A DNA stretch of 64,000 nucleotides from Parachlamydiales bacterium (lineage in GTDB: Bacteria > Chlamydiota > Chlamydiia > Chlamydiales > Rhabdochlamydiaceae), in NCBI GenBank assembly GCA_963705295.1, contig OY970065.1, forward strand, positions 1,280,001 through 1,344,000. The letters run 5' to 3'. Below are positions 57,921-64,000 of this stretch, piece after piece. The stretch's first letter is position 1, and each line of letters opens with the position of its first letter. The position numbers and the translations under genes were made by a program. Below the pieces are notes generated by a model that ran no database searches, had not been told where the DNA came from, and worked only from the letters and a program-made list of their open reading frames with translations.

Positions 57921-58892
57921 TTGTCAGAAGTTATTAAAATTGCCCTACTTATGTGGCTTTTTGCAGCAGTACTCCATCTTGCTCTCTTAACCTCTGATCG
58001 GTACCCTCCGTCGCAAAAAATCGATGATCAACTTCTGATGGCTGCGTTGCAGGAGCATGGGGTTGAAGCAGAGTCGATCGACTGGAGGGTTAATAATGTC
58101 GACTGGACGGCATACGATGCGGTGATGGTCTATTCGGTATGGGATTATTACGAAGATCGTCCCCAATTTATCAATCTTCTGAAAAAAATTGAGAGTTTGA
58201 ATATCCCCCTCTATAACCCCTCGTTCATCATTGAGTGGAATTCTCACAAAACCTATTTGCAAGATCTAGAAAAGATGGGATTAAAGACTCTCGAAAGTGT
58301 CTACATTTCCGGGCAAGAATTAAGCAAACTCGAATCGATCATGGAAGAAAAAGGTTGGGACGATTGTGTTATTAAACCTCAGGTTTCAACGTCGGCTCAC
58401 CACACATTTAGGCTGAACAGATCCAATCTTTCTACGATCCAAAACAATCTGGAAAAATTTAATGAAGATTGGATTCTTCAGCCCTTCGCACCCGAGATTG
58501 TCCTGGAGGGAGAGTGGTCTTTTGTCTTCTTCGACAAAGAGTATCTTCATTGTACACTGAAAAAGCCCGCTCCCGGTCACTTTCTTGTTCAAACCGGTAA
58601 AAAGATTCTCATTCAACCCCCAGAGTGGATGATTCAAGAGGCTCAGCGCATCGTTGATACCCTCAATCTCCCAGCCCTGCAAACTCGCGTTGACCTCATT
58701 CGAAGAGGCGATGAAATCATCATCATGGAAATTGAGATGGTTGAGCCTAGTCTTTATCTGAGGTTCTTTTCTGGTTCTGAAAAAAGAGTTGCCGAAAAAA
58801 TCAGCCAAAAATTGCACAGCAAAATTCTATCAAACTCTGATGCTTTATTAACAAAGCAAAAAGCTATCTATTTCCCATCAAAATCTTATTAG
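57921..58892 (+). CDS. ATP-grasp protein (RimK / glutathione synthetase-like)
   Basis: SVWDY, WNSHKTYL, VIKP, GEWS, RVDL and MEIEMVEPSLY. Confidence 0.85.
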   Translation: MSEVIKIALLMWLFAAVLHLALLTSDRYPPSQKIDDQLLMAALQEHGVEAESIDWRVNNVDWTAYDAVMVYSVWDYYEDRPQFINLLKKIESLNIPLYNPSFIIEWNSHKTYLQDLEKMGLKTLESVYISGQELSKLESIMEEKGWDDCVIKPQVSTSAHHTFRLNRSNLSTIQNNLEKFNEDWILQPFAPEIVLEGEWSFVFFDKEYLHCTLKKPAPGHFLVQTGKKILIQPPEWMIQEAQRIVDTLNLPALQTRVDLIRRGDEIIIMEIEMVEPSLYLRFFSGSEKRVAEKISQKLHSKILSNSDALLTKQKAIYFPSKSY

Positions 58893-59012
58893 CAAAAATG
58901 GTCGAGAAGAAGATCATTTACGCATATTGTGTTCATACCTATCGGTATACTGACTTATTCTTGCTAACTTCAAGCCATTCTGTTTTACTTTGGTGCAATA
59001 TTAAGGTTTTTT

Positions 59013-60038
59013 ATGTCTGATGATTTTTCCTTTTCGCAAAGTCAAATCCTCCTGTATCAAACAGAAGATGGTAGACAACGAATCGAGGTGCGTCTAGAAA
59101 ATGAAACAGTTTGGCTGAGTCAACGACAAATGGCAGAACTTTTTCAAACTACACCGGCTAATATCAATATTCATTTAAAGAATATCTTTTCAGAAGGAGA
59201 GCTATTTTCTGAGTCAGTTGTTAAGGAATCCTTAATAACTGCTGCTGATGGCAAAAACTATCGAACTAAGATGTACCGATTAGAGGTTGTCCTTGCTATA
59301 GGTTATCGTGTCAGCAGTCATAGAGGTGTTCAGTTCAGACAATGGGCGACAGATCGACTTAAAGAATATATAGTGAAAGGGTTCACACTTGATGATGAAA
59401 GATTAAGTAAACCGGGTACGATAGATTATTTTGATGAACTACTGGATCGCATTCGCGCCATCAGAGCATCAGAAAAGAGATTTTATCAAAAAATAAGGGA
59501 TATCTATACCCTCAGTATTGATTATGATTCATTGCATCCCATGACTCAAGAATTTTATAAAACAGTACAGAATAAGCTTCTCTATGCTGTCAGTGGATTC
59601 ACAGCTGCTGAGATCATTTATAATAGAGCAAATGCTTCTCTTCCCCATATGGGGTTAATGACCTGGGACGGAATTAAAAGAGGTAAAACACCTTCTAAAC
59701 AAGATGCCGAAATAGCTAAAAATTATCTAAATGAAGATGAACTGAAAAATTTAGAGATACTCGTAAGCCAATACTTAGATTTTGCAGAATTGCAAGCCAG
59801 ACAACGTAAACCCATGTATATGATTGATTGGAAGACTAAATTAGATGCTTTTTTGCAGCTGAATGATCGAGATATCTTAACCCATGCTGGAAAAATCTCT
59901 GCGGATTTGGCTAAGGAACTTGCGCACAATGAACATGCAAAATTCGAAGAAATAAAAATTAATAAAGAAAAGAAAGAATCTGAAATGGAATTGCGAGATA
60001 TTCTTAATAAACTTGTGACATCTATAAAAAAATTATGA
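59013..60038 (+). CDS. RhuM-family protein
   Basis: ETVWLSQRQMAELF, AIGYRVSS, FRQWAT and IRAIRASEKRFYQK. Confidence 0.9.
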   Translation: MSDDFSFSQSQILLYQTEDGRQRIEVRLENETVWLSQRQMAELFQTTPANINIHLKNIFSEGELFSESVVKESLITAADGKNYRTKMYRLEVVLAIGYRVSSHRGVQFRQWATDRLKEYIVKGFTLDDERLSKPGTIDYFDELLDRIRAIRASEKRFYQKIRDIYTLSIDYDSLHPMTQEFYKTVQNKLLYAVSGFTAAEIIYNRANASLPHMGLMTWDGIKRGKTPSKQDAEIAKNYLNEDELKNLEILVSQYLDFAELQARQRKPMYMIDWKTKLDAFLQLNDRDILTHAGKISADLAKELAHNEHAKFEEIKINKEKKESEMELRDILNKLVTSIKKL

Positions 60039-60068
60039 AGAAAAATAACCTCCCTCTTCACAACTGGA

Positions 60069-60512
60069 ATGGAACACCTTAAGAAAAAACGATATATAAA
60101 ATCATTTGTTATTACTTCTCTTCTTTGCTGGTTAATATTTGACAAGGAATTACAACAAGATTTATCAAAATTTTTTGCATATTTTTTCGAAAAAATATTT
60201 CCCGTTTTGATTAGTTGCTCTTTGGCTTATTTTCTGAATAGGAGCCCAAGCAGGAAGAATATAAAAAAACACATCGAATATCTAGGAATAGTCACACTCG
60301 GGATTCTATATATTTTTCTTGGCGGTATTTCTCTATCATTGATTATTACAATTTTATTATCAAAACTATTTCCGATTAGATTTGTATTTGTATGGCCAGT
60401 TTGGTGTTCGTTTTCATTTTTAATATTATTTTTTTCTTTCTTGTTGTTCTTTAAAAAAATGTCCCAAAAAAAAGAAAAGATTTTTACAGGAAAAATCACT
60501 GCAAAACATTAA
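60069..60512 (+). CDS. Hypothetical membrane protein, very AT-rich
   Basis: 147-aa ORF with about 4 hydrophobic segments. Confidence 0.5.
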   Translation: MEHLKKKRYIKSFVITSLLCWLIFDKELQQDLSKFFAYFFEKIFPVLISCSLAYFLNRSPSRKNIKKHIEYLGIVTLGILYIFLGGISLSLIITILLSKLFPIRFVFVWPVWCSFSFLILFFSFLLFFKKMSQKKEKIFTGKITAKH

Positions 60513-60537
60513 TTTTTTCATATAAGTCTTTTCAAAA

Positions 60538-60619
60538 CCGAGAAGGAGGATCGATCTGCCCCTATCTGACAGGGGGTTGCAGCCAGTAGGTTGTCACCTT
60601 TTTATGGCCCCCGTTAATA
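60538..60619 (+). mobile_element. Half copy F of the palindromic element (core II, right half)
   Basis: CCGAGAAGGAGGATCGATCTG...GCAGCCAGTAGG-TTGTCACCTTTTTATGGCCCCCGTTAATA matches the right half of copies C and E. Confidence 0.8.
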
Positions 60620-62435
60620 ACTGTGAGATGAGCTCTTGAATCAGCTTTACCTTTTCCAGTAAAGCTATGATTCTAGAATGAGTACCTTTTCTACGGGCTG
60701 TTTGCAGGGGTGTTTCTCCATACATATCGCGGATATCTATGCGCGCTCCGAATTGGAGGAGCAATTGAACACGGGCTTCATCCTCAGCAGGATTTAAATT
60801 TTTCACAGCAACGTGCAATGGGGTTCTACCTTTCTTGTCTGTAGCATTAGGATGGGCGCCTCTTCGTAAGAATAGGGCGGCATCCTCTATAGCGCCAGCG
60901 GTAATGGCGGTCATGAGGGGAGTACTTCCCCAACTGTTTTTGGCATGAAGATCCGATCCTTGATCTAAAAGGAATTCATTTAATTCGGGATTACATCTTA
61001 AAGCCGCTGAATGTAGCGGCGTCTTCCCATGATCATCAGTGGCTTTCCAAATCGGCACCCTTTTCTAAAAGAACCTGGGAGACTTTTTTACATCGAGATT
61101 TGTGTAAAGGGGTCTCGTGAAAAACATGACATCTTGCATCGACATTTGCACCGTTTTCTAAGAGCAACCTTGCGACATCTGAGCGACCATTGATAGAGGC
61201 AAAATGTAAAGGGGTTTCTCCACAAAAACCGACTCGATCTACAACGGCACCACTGTCGATAAGAATTCTACAGACGGCAAGGTGACCATTTTCTGCAGCT
61301 CTATGCAAAGCGGTCCGCGTAAGATTATCAACAGCATTGACTTTCGCCCCTTCTTCAAGAAGATACCGAACAACATCGGATTTTCCAGCAGCTGCAGCTT
61401 TATTCAGAAGCACACAACTTTTATCGATAGTTGGAACACATTCCATACAGATTTGCAGCATGGGGAAACACTCGGTCTTTATTGCTTTATCTATGATAGA
61501 ACAATGATGGAGATCAAGCTCATTTCCGCCGAGTCTTATTAAGAGCTCATATCTAGGGAACTCACTATGAAAGTCAACATAAGAAGGATGGCGACTCGTT
61601 AAACGTTTATTTAAAGTATATACATAATCGATCTGGGGAGCAGATTTTCGATCTCTTAAAATTTTACATAAAAATTGAGTAAATTCTATCGTGTAAGACT
61701 CGGGTAAATGGAATATTTCAGCTGCAGTTATAGATTTCAGGTTTCTTAAAGAAGTCTCCAAATCTGATCCCTCAGATAGATATATTTCAAGATGAGGTCT
61801 TAACAAGTGGAGGCTGTGATCTAAAGACTGCATATAGGCTTTTGCTTGAGCTGCATCTGTCCCTAGATACCCAAATTCACGAGCAAGTGTTAACCAGACA
61901 TCGGCGGTTAATCTCCGAGTCTCTGTACAAACCCGGGATACGTTTCCTAAATCACGAGTTCCAAGATGACCCAGCACCATCACCATTAACTCGTCTGGCA
62001 AGTGACTCACATGGCCTCTAGGTTGTCGCTGAATGAGTCGTTCAATTCTCTTGACATACTGGACACCCGCTCCTAAAGCAAAAGCTCTAAGCCCTTCCAG
62101 ACGATCCGGATATCGACTACCAATCCCAGGTTTATAGATGAGTCCATTTTCGAGGACCTGATTGATTTTGGCTAATGTAGTTGTAGCCTGAGGTTTTTTA
62201 CCGGTTTCTACGATTTGATAGGTTTTATCTGTAATTCTATTAGCCCGACGGGCAAACAGGTGACCCAAAGGGTGACAATATGCGTTAGCGAACTCCTGTC
62301 AGGTCGAAGCGTTAGCGGTCCGACCGACGAGGGCCATAGCCAAAGGCTAGGCCGAGGAGGAGGATCGATCTGGCAGGAGTGCAGCAAGCAGATTGTCACC
62401 TGTTTGCCCGTCGGGCTAATAATATTGAAAGTCAT
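60594..62435 (-). pseudogene. F-box plus ankyrin-repeat gene disrupted by element E at codon 5 and a +1 frameshift near 61045, ending in element F
   Basis: F-box HLPDELMVMVLGHLGTRDLGNVSRVC and TPLH ankyrin repeats in two frames. Deleting one A gives KGADLEATDDHGKTPLH. Confidence 0.85.
62238..62421 (+). mobile_element. Palindromic MITE-like element, copy E (core II, with 12 extra bp in the left arm)
   Basis: Arms TATTAGCCCGACGGGCAAACAGGTGAC[CCAAAGGGTGAC]AA / TTGTCACCTGTTTGCCCGTCGGGCTAATA; 184 bp = 172 + 12. Confidence 0.9.
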
Positions 62436-64000
62436 AACTGCTCCAAAGGTGGAATTTTTCTTTCGATTTTACTAACCCCAAGGCCAAACGATGCCGAAAA
62501 TCCGTTCTGATCGAAAATAGCCGTTAACTTTTCCTTTTCTTCATGGGTGTATGTATCACGAAACTCAGCGAATATTAAAGACCGATTAGTTCCCAGTTGA
62601 TGGGCAAAAGAAGCCATTGCTTTATATGAAAAAGCTTCCGACATTTCTAAGACAGATAGAGATCGATTGTGTGCGAGTCCAGATCCCAAAAGTTCAAGAT
62701 GTTCATCCGTGAACTTACCTCCTCTTAAAGCCAAGGTCCGGAGAGAATGCGAACTTCTTAAGAGATCAGCAAGAGCTTGGAAACTCCTTTTTCCAATATC
62801 TGTTTCACTTAATTGTAATGTTTGAAGCGAAGAATTCCCCTCAAGAGCTCGAACAAGAAGTTCGCCACCTTCGTCTCCCATCTTATTATGATTCAAAGTA
62901 AGTTCTTGAATCGAGGCAGAAGTTCTTACCATTTGAGCAAATCCCCTCATGTCAAGAGGAACATTCCCATCCGCAACATGCAGTTTTAAAGTTTGAAGAG
63001 TCGGGCTTCTTCCAAGCCCCTCCGTCAGAAGTCTATCCAAACCTGCAATATCGTATGGACGGATCGTTAAATTTAACTGCCGGAGATTTGAGTTTCTCAG
63101 CGCCTTTGCAAAAACATCCGCCTTTTGCAAAGCAGCTCCATCCATCTTAAGGGTTAGAGAAGTTAGCCCTTTGTTGCCTTCGATCATCTCGGACAACGGA
63201 CCGATTTCTTTAAGGCCTAGTCTCATCCTTAAATCAAAATCTCTAAGGCTGCTGCAGCATTGAATTTGCGGAGCTAGAGTAAGAGTTGTTGTTGAATCAC
63301 GGCTCTCCTCATCCTTTATAGTTAAGAAAGTCAAACCTCGATTCTGCCTAATAAAGTTTCTAAGTCCCCGTTGTCCTTTAGGTGTTAACTCGTTTTTACA
63401 ATAAACGCTTAGAGATCTTAATGAATCGTTTTCAGATAAACTCTCGAAATTTTCAAAACCGGTCTCGGTATTGTTATGAAGGGAGAGTTCATTTACTTTA
63501 AGACGTAAAATAATGGGAAGCAGCTGTGCTAGAACATCTTTATTTGTAGTATAGAATGCAATAGAATCCAAAGGGGTAGTCGTTCCATATTTCAGTAAAA
63601 TTTCACTTAATTTAACGGCAAGGAGAATGTCATCAGAGTGGAAATTCAGACAACGAACCTTCATTCCTTCTTGAAGAGACCATTCTAGTAAATCAAGGGA
63701 TAGGTGGGTGTTATGAGGATCGGTATCAACACGATAATTTGGAAATTTATGACTTAGATACATGGCTTCTAAGGCTTGAAGCTCTTCAAAGGTTTTATTT
63801 TCTCCTGTTATATTTTCTATAGTGCAATGATCACGCGGACCATTCGAAAATAGACAAGCTTTTAAAAGTCCATCGTCATTTTCATAGGCAAAGACCCAAA
63901 GAGTGTTAAGCAGGGCTACATCTTTATCAGAGAGCAAGAGCATGCCTTTAATTTGATCTAACGTGGCATCTTTTAGGACCTTACAGTGCCACATGAGGGC
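62432..64000 (-). CDS. Ribonuclease-inhibitor-like LRR protein; 5' end probably beyond the window
   Basis: 28-aa repeats (ALxxNSSLxxLxL, MGDEGG); frame is open to the window edge. Confidence 0.8.
   Translation of the reverse strand, partial: ALMWHCKVLKDATLDQIKGMLLLSDKDVALLNTLWVFAYENDDGLLKACLFSNGPRDHCTIENITGENKTFEELQALEAMYLSHKFPNYRVDTDPHNTHLSLDLLEWSLQEGMKVRCLNFHSDDILLAVKLSEILLKYGTTTPLDSIAFYTTNKDVLAQLLPIILRLKVNELSLHNNTETGFENFESLSENDSLRSLSVYCKNELTPKGQRGLRNFIRQNRGLTFLTIKDEESRDSTTTLTLAPQIQCCSSLRDFDLRMRLGLKEIGPLSEMIEGNKGLTSLTLKMDGAALQKADVFAKALRNSNLRQLNLTIRPYDIAGLDRLLTEGLGRSPTLQTLKLHVADGNVPLDMRGFAQMVRTSASIQELTLNHNKMGDEGGELLVRALEGNSSLQTLQLSETDIGKRSFQALADLLRSSHSLRTLALRGGKFTDEHLELLGSGLAHNRSLSVLEMSEAFSYKAMASFAHQLGTNRSLIFAEFRDTYTHEEKEKLTAIFDQNGFSASFGLGVSKIERKIPPLEQL

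Noticed and set aside
58087..58095. GGGTTAATA resembling an element end inside the ATP-grasp gene
   Set aside because: There is no preceding C, no TTGTC arm and no partner arm; treated as chance.
62208..62475. Two overlapping short ORFs containing ISPTGKQVT
   Set aside because: They are palindrome read-through of element E on both strands.

Overview
This 64-kb window most likely comes from an environmental chlamydia (Chlamydiota). That is an inference from the smpB-dnaN-recF and leuS-waaA gene order and from the many eukaryote-like BTB, F-box, ankyrin, LRR and NEL proteins. Housekeeping genes (glmS, upp, exbBD, trmB, pgi, recF, dnaN, smpB, leuS, waaA, 4 tRNAs) are interleaved with candidate effector genes, two tandem Gly-rich autotransporters, an AbiE-type toxin-antitoxin pair and several pseudogenes. 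Three signals lie outside the ORF track. (1) A family of 161-184 bp TA-flanked palindromic elements is present as 5 full copies and 1 half copy, with two different cores. Their 29-bp arms differ between copies but stay complementary. One copy adds 53 aa in frame to a BTB protein, and others disrupt a Fic gene and an F-box/ankyrin gene. (2) Three exact 143-bp structured repeats follow tRNA-Leu(UAG). Each ends in the tRNA 3' end, and the array runs head-on into the AbiEii nucleotidyltransferase toxin gene. (3) A deleted GxxExxY gene sits inside 47-bp inverted repeats. All counts and alignments were done by eye; no database searches were run.
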